The position numbers were made by a program, and so were the translations under genes. 64,000 bases of DNA from assembly GCF_006345805.1 (NCBI RefSeq), contig NC_043000.1, positions 164,424,001 through 164,488,000 on the forward strand, written 5' to 3'. This DNA is from Octopus sinensis (Eukaryota). The notes under the pieces are model-generated. The model searched no databases. It saw only the letters and a program-made list of their open reading frames with translations, and was not told where the DNA came from. Below, piece by piece: positions 26,376 through 38,986 of this stretch (position 1 is its first letter; every line of letters starts with the position of its first letter).

Positions 26376-27377
26376 TTTCTAGATTTTGGGGAGATAGGCC
26401 TAAATATATACTCACATTAAAAATAAAATAAACTATGATAATTAAAGAGCTAAATCGTATTTAATGGATTCAAATTAACACATTTTGTAAAGCAGGGTCT
26501 GTCTTATATTTATCCCTTTAAAATTCTTAAAATACTTCATAGTCATATATACAGTATAATGTCAGGATGAAAATAACATGATTTTATTTAACAAATACAG
26601 ATACAAATTAATCCAATTCTGAAGCAAGAATATGTTTAATTTTCACGAATCCGCTTAAAAAAGTAAAAAAACCCAAATTATTTCTAACGCAGCAAATTAA
26701 CCTTAAAAAACGGTCTGTTTACTTCATATGAGGTACAATATAAGACCGGATTTCTGGAAGACCAATAAGAGATAGGGTATTGTATATATTCTGCTGTTTG
26801 AGAAAGAAAAAAAAGAAAATATAAATAAATTAGATAAAAGTTCTGACATACGAAAATGTAATTTTAACTGTCATTTTACTTTATTTCTTTTTTAATAACG
26901 ATTTTTAGTTTTGAAGAAAGAGAAGTACAAATGTGATGAAGAAACAAACTATGGAAGATTTCAAATATAAAATTTATATTTGATTCTAAAAATTCAACTT
27001 CAATAAAATTTAAAATTTCTTTTAAATAAAATTATATTTAGATAAAAATTATCTGCCCCCCCCCCAAATGCGCCAAAGAAAAGATCTTTTTAAAGAATCC
27101 TATGTAGATGAGTGCAAATAATGTTTGGGGTTTTAAATGTAGAGAAATTCCATTTTAGTGGAAGTGTGAAAGGGTTTGGGGAAGAAAAGGTCGACGCCGT
27201 CCGAAATGCAATTCTTTGGAGAAATACTTACTACCACCACTACTACTACCACTCTAACATGCACTGCTGCCGCTCTTACTACTACTACTACTACTACTAC
27301 TATTACTACTGTTACTACCGTGATTCGTGATGCTACTACTTCTATCCTCTGTTTTTGTTCATTTGCCAGTCATACAT

Positions 27378-27535
27378 TCCTCTCTCTCTCTCGCTTTCTC
27401 CCTCTCTCTCTCCATCGCTCTCGCTTTCTCCCTCTCTCTCTCTCTCCATCGCTCTCGCTTTCTCCCTCTCTCTCTCCATCGCTCTCGCTTTCCCCCCCTC
27501 TCTCTCCATCGCTCTCGCTTTCTCCCTCTCTCGCC
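27378..27535. repeat. ~30-bp CT-rich minisatellite (ctctctctccatcgctctcgctttctcc), preceded by (ACT)n at 27228-27320
   Basis: Direct inspection. Confidence 0.85.
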
Positions 27536-27589
27536 TCCGTCGCCCTCATTACTATTTCTAACTCCAGCCTTCACCGCTAAAATGTTGGG

Positions 27590-27781
27590 TAGCGAACAAG
27601 GGAGGTAACTCCGACAACGGCGCTAACGGAGAGGAGGGAAACTCGGGCACAATTAGTTGAGCAGAGAGGGAAATAGTCATACATAGAGAGAGGGAGAGAG
27701 AGAGAGAGAGAGAGAGACAAACAAAACAAAAAAAGTAGTTAGAAAGCGAATCAGAGGAAAATAATAGCAAAGAAGCGTGTT
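27590..27781 (+). other. Candidate non-coding first exon (5' UTR)
   Basis: CpG-containing, GA-rich unique sequence ending in a consensus donor GTT|GTGAGT at 27782. A further donor-like AG|GTAAAG lies near 27882. Start coordinate is a guess and linkage to the 54.6/56.2-kb exons is inferred. Confidence 0.35.
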
Positions 27782-30700
27782 GTGAGTAGTTTTATCCTTT
27801 ACCCAAGCTGGAGGGAAACATGGCATTAGATTCCTAAAGCAGGTGCAATCAAACCAAATTTAATTAAAAAAAAAAAAAGCAGGTAAAGTAATATTTTTGT
27901 TATTTTCCGAGAATTCCTTTGCAGGATCTCTTATGGAATAAGTACCCTAAATACACCCTAAATACACCCTAAATACATCCGTAAACGGTGGAAATTTCTG
28001 TTGGTGTTTGGTCGGGACGCAAAGTGTTGAGGCGTTCTTTGACCGAAATTAATTCCACTTTTATACAAAAAAACCAACCTTTTCTCCTTTTCACACTTTT
28101 CATTCCCAACTTTTCGTTTGTCCTGCTTTTTTTCTCGCTTTACTTCAATAAATTTCACTTATAAAAACCAAATTAACCCTTTGCCCATCTCACACATGCC
28201 ATAATATATCCGTGTGTATTTAATATTCATTTCAGGGTTGTTCCATACAAACTGATTTCTATTTTCTCACAAGAAAAGGCATGAACGATAACGAATGAAT
28301 TCAATTTTGATGCCTTTGTTGTAAACCCTTGTTATATAAAGAAACAAAATCTTCGATTAAACATATTCTTGAAAACATCTATAATTAAACAGAAATCCCA
28401 TCATCTCTCATTCCTGGCTCTAATATTGGACCCTCGACATTCTTTGGATCGATCAAACTGGCAACATGTACAATATCGATTCCAGATCCCTTATTTCTTA
28501 ATCATGTTTAATGTTGTAAGTTCCTATTAGCTTCTGTTTTTGTTTTTTTTTTATCAATGAATGGCCTTGTCAATCTTTGGTGTTTAGCTAAAGTATAGAT
28601 CGATATTTAGCTGTTTAGTTTTACTTGTTCCATTAAAGTGACAAACAAGTGATTACTGACTTTTAGATACACGTGAGAATATATTACTAAAGGAACTGAA
28701 TCGCTCAAGTGATTCTTAAATGAAGAATATTCATCTGAGTACAGTTTTCGGCTTTGCTGCTAAAATTAGCTTCTTTCTTCTTGTCATCGTTACAACTTTA
28801 TCGCTGGTTTTCATCTTTACAATTGTGAAGATGTAAACTGAGATTCTCCTAAACAAGGCGCACCACTGACACACACACAGTTTCTAATCTGTATCTGGAA
28901 TCTGTATTCTCTTTAAATAGTCAAAATAAATAAATAATTGTTTTGATTATTCTGTCGTTGCTGGTGATCTGCTTTGTACTTGCATAACAATTATTGACAT
29001 AGATGAAGACTAAAAGTTTAGCTAATTTATGCCCGTATCGATGAACATAGACGACGCTTCTACACAGGTTGTCAGACCTGTTAATATAGCAGCCAATAGT
29101 TCAAAGTAACTTCAAATCCCAAATCAATAACAGCAATTCCGTCATTTGATCTTTCATCTCTGCTGTAATTTCAATGCCTATTTTATTAGAAGAGAGTTTA
29201 ACAGATCTGCAATATTGAAACTCAACATTCTTGAATTCTAGTTGAGCAATGAATCTTCCATTAAACAAATAGTTTTCAACTGTGACAGTATCTTTCTTGC
29301 AGTTCTAAGCTATTATGATGAGAAGGAATTTTCATACTTGCAGGGTTGATAAAATGATGCTAGTGAAGTTCTGGTGTTGGTTAAATCAATTATACCCTCC
29401 CACCAAATTTGAGATGTCATGTGTCAGTGTTAGAAATCATGTTGATCAAGGCTATATTTTGACGTTCAAAGAAATCCAAGATGCAGCTCGTATCAGAAAA
29501 GGATAAAGTGTCAGCTGCAATCAATTATTTTTCTTTCCATTATTAAAGATTTATACCCTAATTAGTTTAATTTGGTGATAAATTTTATAACATTGAAGAA
29601 ATTACTTTTCAGAATTTAAATATGGAGGTTTCAGAATTGCACTTGCATAGTTAGTGACTTGATCCCAGATCAAGTGTGTTGAGACTGAAGAATCATGGTA
29701 GTCTTTGAAAAAAATCTAAATGGAAATAAGGTTACAGGAGGAAAAGTCATATTTCATTTAAATAATATAAATATTATTAAAGTAATAAAGTATTTTAAGT
29801 AGCACATTACTGGACAGTACAACTTGTATGCAGTGACTAAACAATGGATGAAGAAAAAGTCACTGTACTTGTGTCAGTTATCATTGTTTCCTTGATTCTT
29901 CACAATTATACGATTGCATTTACATTTGCTTATTTCTTAATCGTATGCTAAAGTGTGTTAAAAAGTCACAGCAGTTCACCAAAACTTTGATACCTAGTAT
30001 CAATCAGTCAAATCCTCATTAATCTCCTGCTACTTGGAAAAAAAAACAACCCTCCACCTTCTCCGTAACTTTCAGCTTTATGTACCCAATCTCTACATTT
30101 TTTCAAACCTATCCTATTCATCCCTTCAACTGGTTTCTTGGTATCTCCTGTTTCCCTTGTGGTGTCTTGGAATCAACTCATCTTCTACATGTAACCAGCT
30201 CAACTGCATTTCAATCACTTTTATCAACTTGATAATGTCATTCAGTTTTCCTTATTTTCTAATCTGTTTTGGTTCTGAGGCCATGAGTTAAAAATCTTTT
30301 TGATAAAGATAGTGTTTCGATGCTGGTGGTATCACAAAGGGATAAAGTTGCAGCTGATATCAGTTGTTTGTCCCATTTTTTTTTTAATTTGTGCTCTCAC
30401 TGGCTTAATTTGGTGATAAATTTTATAACAGTCAATCATTCCCATCTTAGTCCCTCCCCAATTGGCATGAGTTTCTCTTTGGAGACTTAATTTCCAATAT
30501 TGCTTGGCTGTCAGACTTCAAACTTACTCAAAAACATAGATGTAACTGAGCTCCATCAAAGCTTTTTTATTCTCAGCAATTATTTATCTGTCCATAAATT
30601 AGTTTACATTTTGAGGGCTGATCAGATTCTCACCATTCCTGCAACTCTTTAACAATCTAATATATATGGGAAACTCAAAAGCTTGGTCAATGTTAAGCTC

Positions 30701-32721
30701 ATTTTAGTATCCCTTAGTAGCATTACTCTAGCAATTTTGGGGTCTGGGTTTATGTAAATGCTCCTCACTACTTCTCCCTTACCTGTTCCTCTTTAGTGAG
30801 CAACATCGTTTCCTTTCCAAAATGGGATAGCTCCAAGAGGATTGTGAAGAAAATTATAATTGTGGAAATTATGTGGTTTCAGAGCAGGGGAAATTGACAA
30901 AGAGAATTAGGGACCATTTACAATCAAAACACATTTTTGATTCTCATCTTGATTAGTTTAATTAATGTATAAAGTGTTGCTTGTGCAAAACATCAATGGT
31001 TTACTTAGCATGGATGATCTCAGCATCTCCATCACTCTAAGAGTCAGGGCTCACCTTTGTGTTGAAATGAGGTGCTAGTATGGCAAGCCCCTTGAGGCCA
31101 GGTGGTCTTTATGGATTGTCATATCAACTGAAAATGTGTCACTTTGGTTGTCACAAATTAAACCTAATCATTAAACAAACCCTAACCAGGGTAAATATCG
31201 TCTCAGTACTGGAGATAGTGGGATTGTCTCACTCCCTGTCTTTGGAATAGAGGCAGGGGTCTCAGATGAGATACCAGCATTAGTGGCTCTTTGTTCCATT
31301 ACATCTCCTTAAAGTTGTGGCAGAGGTGGAAGTTAACTTCATCCAAAGCTCAATAAAATGAAACACTGAAATGCCAGTCTTTGGTAAATTAGGTTTCCCA
31401 ACCTGTGGCATTAGAGATGTTCTGGGGAATGGGCAGCTGACCTTAATATCATTAGCAACTCATTTCACTGGGTGAGGTTTGTAGAGGCAGGGACTCTGAG
31501 AGAAATTTGGCAATGTGGAACATGGCTGCTTTTCAGAGTTCAGAAATGAGGTCCTCTCCAAACTGAGAGTGTGGAGAATTTAGCCTGGATTTGTAGAGGG
31601 GCTGGTGGATAGTCATGCGTACTTCCTTGACACTCTGAGCCCTGGACTGATGTACCAGCTGACTTTTACCTCTTACAGGCCCTGCATCAAGATGCTCAAC
31701 TGTTTCTGTGCTTCAGCCTTGCAATCACCCGGGTTAATGCAGGGAATGTTTTGGGTTGTCTCAAACATTTTTGCAAGGGAACACCAGTCTCCTGGCCCAA
31801 TAATTTCCTCTTTATTAACCTACTTTTTCCGATCCTACTTTTAAACCCACTTTTAAAAATAGTGTTCATTTTCAATGATGATTCTTATGAAGAATTAAAA
31901 TATTTAATTGCTTTCCAATATTTTGTTTTATGATCTTTCCATGATTTTCCTAGCTGTGCTCAAATGAGTGAATTGAGTAGTTCTCTTAGTATGCTTGCTA
32001 TGTCATAAAATACATCCACTGTGCTACATCTTTCATCAAACAATACAAAGATTCAAATAAATTCCTACTCGTAAAGGAACCTAAAACTGGGCCATTTTTT
32101 TACTGTAGACTGCTTATAAGAAATATTTCAAAAACTGCAAGATGAAATGGGAATTAGAATCAGTGGCAAGTTCTTACATGCCTTTGATTCATGCATGTTG
32201 TAGTTCTCATGAGATCTAGCTGAAAACCAGGGCTGGCTGTGGAGTTGGTTCATGAAAACTTTGAATTTGAATCCAACTTAATAATTCAGGTCATGACTAA
32301 CTCTAATTAGGCTAATCATATATTTTTGTATTGATCCAAAGCATTCAACATAAATGACTACTTTTTATAACCTTAATTTGTAGAAGTTTGGGTTTAAATG
32401 TTATTGATATGCCATTGTAGCTTTTTTCCATACTAATTAAAGAAGTTACAAGCGATTAATCAAAAAGGTGGCTGATTTTATCAAAATGATTTTTTTTTAA
32501 ATAAAAGAAAATCAGCAACCTCTTCCTCTATCAGTTCAAAAATCTTTTAGCAAGAAAATATCAAACTAAAATTGCCATTTTGAAAGAAATAAAAGAGTTT
32601 TGTAGTTTGCTTGAAGCATTGTGTATCGTTTGTAAAAAAATAAACTCAAATTAGATATAAAACCCTTCCTTTTCAAGTTGAAAGCATTCTTTGATTAAAT
32701 ACCTGAAGTAAAGGTAACTTG

Positions 32722-32971
32722 AAAGATCTCCATGTGTCTAACACACGTGGACATGCCTACAAAGTCAGAAAACAACACAGCTCCCATGACTTTCGGAAAC
32801 ATTTTTTCACGCTCAGAGTTGCTGAAGCATGGAATAAACTGCCTGCGTCAGTTGTTGACTGCCATGACACTGCATCCTTTAAGGCCCTCATGCTTTCCGA
32901 AATCCGCCGAAACTACACCTGATTATATATACACTTTAGATGAGTTGTAGTGCACCTGAGCACTGTACACA

Positions 32972-33010
<39 letters not shown>
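32722..33010 (+). mobile_element. CR1/L2-type LINE 3' end (related subfamily)
   Basis: SNTRGHAYKVRKQHSSHDFRKHFFTLRVAEAWNKLP plus long (ATT)n tail. Confidence 0.85.
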
Positions 33011-33011
<1 letters not shown>

Positions 33012-33679
33012 CAAAAGAAATATAAATTGTGAGAATAAGTCAAAAATTATAAGCTTTAAAACAAAAGCAGAGATTGAACAATTACATCATTTCTTTTATT
33101 CTTTTGATGTAGTTCCTTGTTTTCTGATGCATTCCTAGTTGTCCACAAGCTTGCTTATGCCATCAAAGAAGGTTTCTAGGTGGTTATTTATTCACTACTT
33201 TCTACACTTCTTTGTCTGTAACAAATTGACTGCCTTGCATATTGTAAAAGATGCTAAAGTTTATCTTTGAAAAATTATTTACAGCAAAAATTCAAATCCA
33301 AAGTTTTCAAACATTTTGTTCTTAGAAACAGAAATGCTGTTGTGAAATCCTCTTCCCTCGAAGCCCTTGAGTCTAATTTGACTATTTTCAGTACAGAAAA
33401 GCTTTTCAATATTTGACTTAGGTTGGTGGTGGTGGTATTGCTGTAACAATTCTAGCTACATCACTGGATTAATCTTTGGATAAGCAAGAATGACTTATTC
33501 TATGGTCAGTTTTAGCTAGTGGTCATAATTTTCTTTATTTGAACACCTAATGTTTGTTTTCTGTTTAAACAGCATCTCTTTACGTTTAAATATTCCATTT
33601 TGCCCATGTATGTTGTTCCATAGTATTAATATTCAATAACTGAATTAGTTACATATGAAATTTCAAATTTTAATACATA

Positions 33680-33895
33680 TGGTGGGGGGGGGGAGTTGCT
33701 GAAAAGTTCCTGGCATTAAGAGCATCCCAAAAGGCCTGGTTGATGGCTCAACCTTCCAAGTTCTTTTACAGGGTTTAGAAAGACTTTTGCAACAAGTGTG
33801 TGAACCTGAGAGGGGAATATGTTGAATAAAATCCTAATTAACTGATCCTCCTCTATTTTCTTTGACCCAAAACCAGGAACTTTTCAGCAGTTTAC
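33680..33895 (+). mobile_element. Internally deleted mariner (MITE)
   Basis: 17-bp perfect inverted repeat tgctgaaaagttcctgg (33697-33713 / 33873-33889). Interior encodes KCVNLRGEYVE*, a typical mariner C-terminus. Confidence 0.75.
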
Positions 33896-34633
33896 ATTTG
33901 GTCAGTCTGTATTATTTTTACTGATTCCAACTCCAACCACACTGACCCAATAATTGCTTCCCACTAATTCCACAACACCCTTATTAGGAAACTGAATACA
34001 GAAAGCAAGAATAAACATGAAAAACAAAAAGTCATGTTCAAAGTTCAAAGGTCCTCCTTTACAGTGTCTATGTGGTTGGAACACCTTTGACCTCAAATCT
34101 ACTTTATTATTGCTAACCTGAGCTTTAACAGCAACAAACAAAGAGAAAGGCCGCACAAGTGGAATGTTACTCCTCACAGCAGTTGAACTTATTCATTCAA
34201 ATCTCTTTTTGAATAGTATTTGCTAACTCAGGCCATCACTAATGACTCACACCAGAGAAGGAATAAAAGAACACCTCTAAGATAAAGTTGGTAATCTTCT
34301 TTAGTATATCTTCTTTCTCATTTCCCTCCACTCTTTATGCCTGCAATGGTTTTCTTTATATCATCATCTCTCCTTTGTTAAAAGGACAAATACTTTTATC
34401 TGTGCAGAAGGGACAAACAAAGTTTTCTTAAATCTTTGTCACAACAGACAAGAACTCACCAATCAGTCCCACCCTCAGCGCAAGCATTGCTGTCTGGTTA
34501 AAAAAGCTTCCTTCACAGCAATAGGACTGCAGGTCTCACACTGCACTTTGAGCAAGTTATCTGCCATAACAGCTTCAAGTTGACTACTGAGACCTTTAAG
34601 TGAAACTGGTAAGCAGAACCTGTGATAATTCAT

Positions 34634-34715
<82 letters not shown>

Positions 34716-34725
34716 ACATATGTAT

Positions 34726-35725
34726 GACACGTGTACAAACAGCCATGCTACATGGCAGTGAAGCATGGGCTGCTGAGGACATGCGTAAGCTCACAAGGAA
34801 TTAAGCCAGTAAGATCCGATGGATGTGTAATGTCAGTGTGCATACTCAACAGAGTGCAAGTACCTTGAGAGAAAAGTTGGACCTAAGAAGCATCAGATGT
34901 GATGTGCAAGAGAGATGACTGTGCTGGTATGGTCATGTGGCGAGAATGGATGAGGATAACTTTGTGAAAAAGTGCCACACCCTAGCGCTTGAGGGAACCT
35001 GTGGAAGAGGTAGACTCAGGAAGACCTGGGATGAAGTGGTGAAGCACGACCTTCGAACTTTAGGCTTCACCAAGGAAATGACTAGTGACTGAGACTTTTG
35101 GAAATAGGCTGTGCTTGAGAAGACCCGGCAAGCCAAATGAGCCCATAACCTCGTGGCCTTTGCCAGGGGCATAACCAGCCCACTTATGCATACCTTTTCC
35201 TTCTTTGGACACTAAACTCTGCTTGCAAAGACCTGTTGAGGCAAGTGAAATCAAAATCAAATTCAATGACTGGCATCCGTGCTAGCAGGGTGCAAAGAGC
35301 ACCATACGAGCGTGATTGTTGACAGAGTGGCCTATTGGCTTCCATGCCAGTGGCACATAAAAGGCACCATTCAAGTGTGATTGTTACCAGTGTCACCTTA
35401 CTGGCACTCGAGCCCCGTACTAGTAGGGTGCTAAGTGCACCATCTGAGTGTGATTGTTGCCAGAGCAGCTATCTGGCCTCTGTGCTGGTGGCACATAAAA
35501 GGTACCATTCGAGTGTGATCGTTACCAGCATCGCCTGACTGGCCCCCGTGCTGGTGGCACATAAAAGCACCCACTACACTCTCGGAGTGGTTGGCGTTAG
35601 GAAGAGCATCCAGCCGTAGAAACTCTGCCAAATCAAGATTGAAGCCTGGTTCACCAGGCCTCAGTCACATCATCCAACCCATGCTAGCATGGAAAGCAGA
35701 CGTTAAACGATGATGATGATGATTA
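34726..35725 (+). mobile_element. RTE LINE 3' end
   Basis: [12 protein letters not shown]...[14 protein letters not shown]; UTR like 6420-6989; tail cgttaaacgatgatgatgat. Confidence 0.88.
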
Positions 35726-35732
35726 TATATAT

Positions 35733-36078
35733 GGGTATGACTGTGTGGTAAGACGCTTGCTTCTCAACTACATTGTTCCAAGTTCAGTCCCACTATGTGG
35801 CACCTTGGGCTAGTGTCTTCTGCTTGTGAGTGAATTTAATAGAAGCTGAAAAAAGCCTGTCGTGTGTGTGTGTCCGTGTGTCCTATCACTTCTTGACAAC
35901 TGGTTTTGGTGTGTTTATGTCCCTGTAACTTAGCTGTTTGGCAAAAGTGACCAATATAATAAGTACTAGGCTTCAAAAATAAGTCCCGGGGTTGATTTGT
36001 TCAGCTAAAACCCTTCAAGGTTGTGCTCCAGTATGGCTGCAGTCCAATGACTGAAACAAGTAAAAGAATAAAAGAACA
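35733..36078 (+). mobile_element. Family-1 SINE
   Basis: Same head, CORE-like box and tail as 4600-4997. Confidence 0.8.
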
Positions 36079-36516
36079 TATATATAGGAATGGTTATGTG
36101 GTTAAGAAGTTTGCTTCTCAACCACATGATATTGGGTTCAGGTCCACCATGGGCAAGTATCTTCTACTAAAGCTTTGTTAGTGGATTTGGTTGATAGAAA
36201 CTGAAAGATGCCTGTCTCATATACATATGTCTACTTGCTTGGGTGAATGTGTGTGTTTGCGAGTCTTCTTGCCTTGATGTCAGGTGATGTGATGAAGCTA
36301 CACCACCATGCAAGCAGTACTATTTGTTTCCAGACTTCATGAAAACATATCTCACCATAGGGAAAATATTACCTTGCTTGGTAAGAGGTGATGGTTGGCA
36401 GCAGGAAAAGCATCCAGTTGTTTAAAACATCTGCCTCAATGAATTACATCTGAACTGTGCAAGCATAGAAAAGTGGGCATTGCAACAATAATTTTATTTA
36501 TTTTTATATTCATATA

Positions 36517-38190
36517 CAGGTGCAAGTGTGGCTGTGTGGTAAGAAGCTTGCTTCCCAACCACATGGTTTTGAGTTCAGTCCCACTGTGTGGCATGTTGGG
36601 CAAGTGTCTTCTGCTATACCCTCAGTCTGACCAAAGTCTTGTGAGTGGATTTGGTAGACGGAAACTGAAAGAAGCCCGTTGTGTATGTATGTATATGTAT
36701 TGGGTCATCCCATAAATAATGCGGTTTTTTTGAATTGCATGAACTAAAAGTCAAAAGGTGGGAGTGGGCAGAATAAAATACCTGCATCAGCTTGCTGTAA
36801 AAGTAGGTAGTAATTTAGTGCAAGTTTTGAAGAGTGCAGTTTGATTTAAACAGTTATTTTATCAAAGCTACAATGGAAGTGACAAAGGAGCATATTCAGC
36901 ATATTTTGCTTTATGAGTTCAATAAAGGCAACAATGCAACGGAAAGTGTGAGGAATATTAATGCAGTCTATGGGGATCAGACAATAAGCGTAAGCCAGTG
37001 TCAACGGTGGTTCCAGAAATTCTGAGCCTGAGACTACAGCATAGAAGATGAGTTTCATCCTGGAAGATCTGTAGGAGCTTGATGAGGACATCCTGCAAAC
37101 TCTGGTAGAACAAAATCCCATTGTAATTGTTGAGGAACTAACAGAGAAGCTTGGATTTGGTTATTCAGCCATTCATCAACACCTGCGTAACATCGGAAAA
37201 GTCAGCAAATTGGGTCAACGTGTTCCTCACAAACTTTCAGATTCTAATTGCATGTAGAGAGTGAATATGTGATCTTCTTTGCTGTCATGTCTTGCGAATG
37301 AACCTTTCTTGGACCGAATAGTGATTGGTGACGAGAAATGAGTTCTCTGTAAAAATGTCAAGTGCCAAAGACAGTGGGTAGGGTAAGGAGAAACACCAGC
37401 ACCCCCAGGCTAAAGAAACTCTTCACCCACGTAGGGTGTTGTTATCTGTTTGGTGAGATATGAAAAGTTTAGTCTTCTTTGAACTTTTAAACCCAAGCCA
37501 AACGATACCAAAGGCGATCTACTGTGAGCAGCTTTGAATGGCTGAAGTCAGTTCTAGAAGAAAGATGACCATCTTTGGTTTCAAGATGAAAGGTGTTCTT
37601 CTATCAGGATAATGCTCGGCTACATACAGTGAGGATGACATTCCAAAGGCTGGAGTAGTTGAATGGGAAACGCTGCCCCACCCACCATATTCATTGGATA
37701 TTGCCCCATCTGGTTATCATTTCTTCCAGTCTTCAAAATCTCTTGAATGGAAAAAAATTTGAATTCTGTAGACATGGTCAGAACGGTACTGGAAAAGTAT
37801 TTTTTCATCATGGACAAGTGAATTTTGGAAGAGGAGCCTTGCAAGAAAGATGAAAGAGTATTGTAGAAAATGAAGGAGAGTATATTTTAGATTAAAAAAG
37901 AAATTTATCTTAATTTTGAAAAATAAAAGAAGTATAAGAAAAGCTGCATTAGTTACGGGATGACCCAATATATTTTCATGTGTGTGTCTGTGTTAGTCCT
38001 CTTGCCATCGCTTGACAACCGATGCTGGTGCGTTTATGTTCCGGTAACTTAGCAGTTCAGCAAAAGAACCTGATAGAATAAGTATTAGACTTACAAAAAA
38101 TAAGTCCTGGGGGTGATTTCTTCGACTAACACCCTTTAAGGCAGTGCTCCAACATGGCTGCAGTCAAATTACTGAAACAGGTAAAAGAAT
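36517..38190 (+). mobile_element. Family-1 SINE split by the 36700-37968 mariner
   Basis: Head at 36517-36697, tail at 37975-38190. The mariner sits in the SINE's internal TA/TG tract. Confidence 0.8.
36700..37968 (+). mobile_element. Full-length, decayed mariner (mellifera-like N-terminus), inserted in a SINE
   Basis: TIRs ttgggtcatcccataaataatgc / gcattagttacgggatgacccaa with TA on both sides. Transposase remnants MEVTKEHIQHILLYEFNKG (ATG 36873), VPHKL, GDEK, QDNA, DIAPS with many stops and frameshifts. Confidence 0.92.
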
Positions 38191-38467
38191 ATATCTCTCT
38201 CTTTTTCTCTCGTTGCTCACACGTGACCATCATCCATCTTTCTTTTCCTGCACAGATGTTCAAAAGAGCGGACATTTTTTTTCTTCTTCTTTCATCTTTT
38301 CTAAGAAATTTTCCTCACAGCATTCACTATTTTCTTCTTGTTCTAATCTAATGACCCTCCATGTTTATTTTCATTCGGTTTCCACCGTTATTTTGATTCT
38401 AATCACCTTATTTTGAAATTGTATCGACAATACTGTACTAAATTCTGGTGCCTCGACTCAATTACCA

Positions 38468-38625
38468 GAGGAGTGGCTGTGTGGTAAGTAGCTTGCTTAC
38501 CAACCACATGGTCCTGGGTTCAATCCCACTGCGTGGCACCTTGGGCAGGTGTCCTCTACTATAGCCTCGGCTGACCAAAGCCTTGTGGGTGGATTTGGTA
38601 GATGGAAACCAAAAGACGCCCGTCA

Positions 38626-38669
<44 letters not shown>

Positions 38670-38870
38670 TGTGTGTCTGTCTTTGTCCCCCCCAACATCA
38701 CTTGACAACCGATGTTGGTGTGTTTATGTCTCCGTCACTTAGCAGTTCGACAAGAGACACCGACAGAATAAGTGCTAGGCTTACAAAGAACACGTCCCGG
38801 GGTTGATTTGCTTGACTAAAGGCGGTGCTCCAGCATGGCTGCAGTCAAATTACTGAAACAAATAAAAGAA
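38468..38870 (+). mobile_element. Family-1 SINE, full length
   Basis: ggagtggctgtgtggtaagtagcttgc ... ctgaaacaaataaaag. Confidence 0.85.
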
Positions 38871-38886
38871 TATATGTATATGCTTA

Positions 38887-38935
<49 letters not shown>

Positions 38936-38986
38936 TGGGTTGAACGGCCTATTATGGCCGTTCCTAAATTTTTGCTGTTATATATA

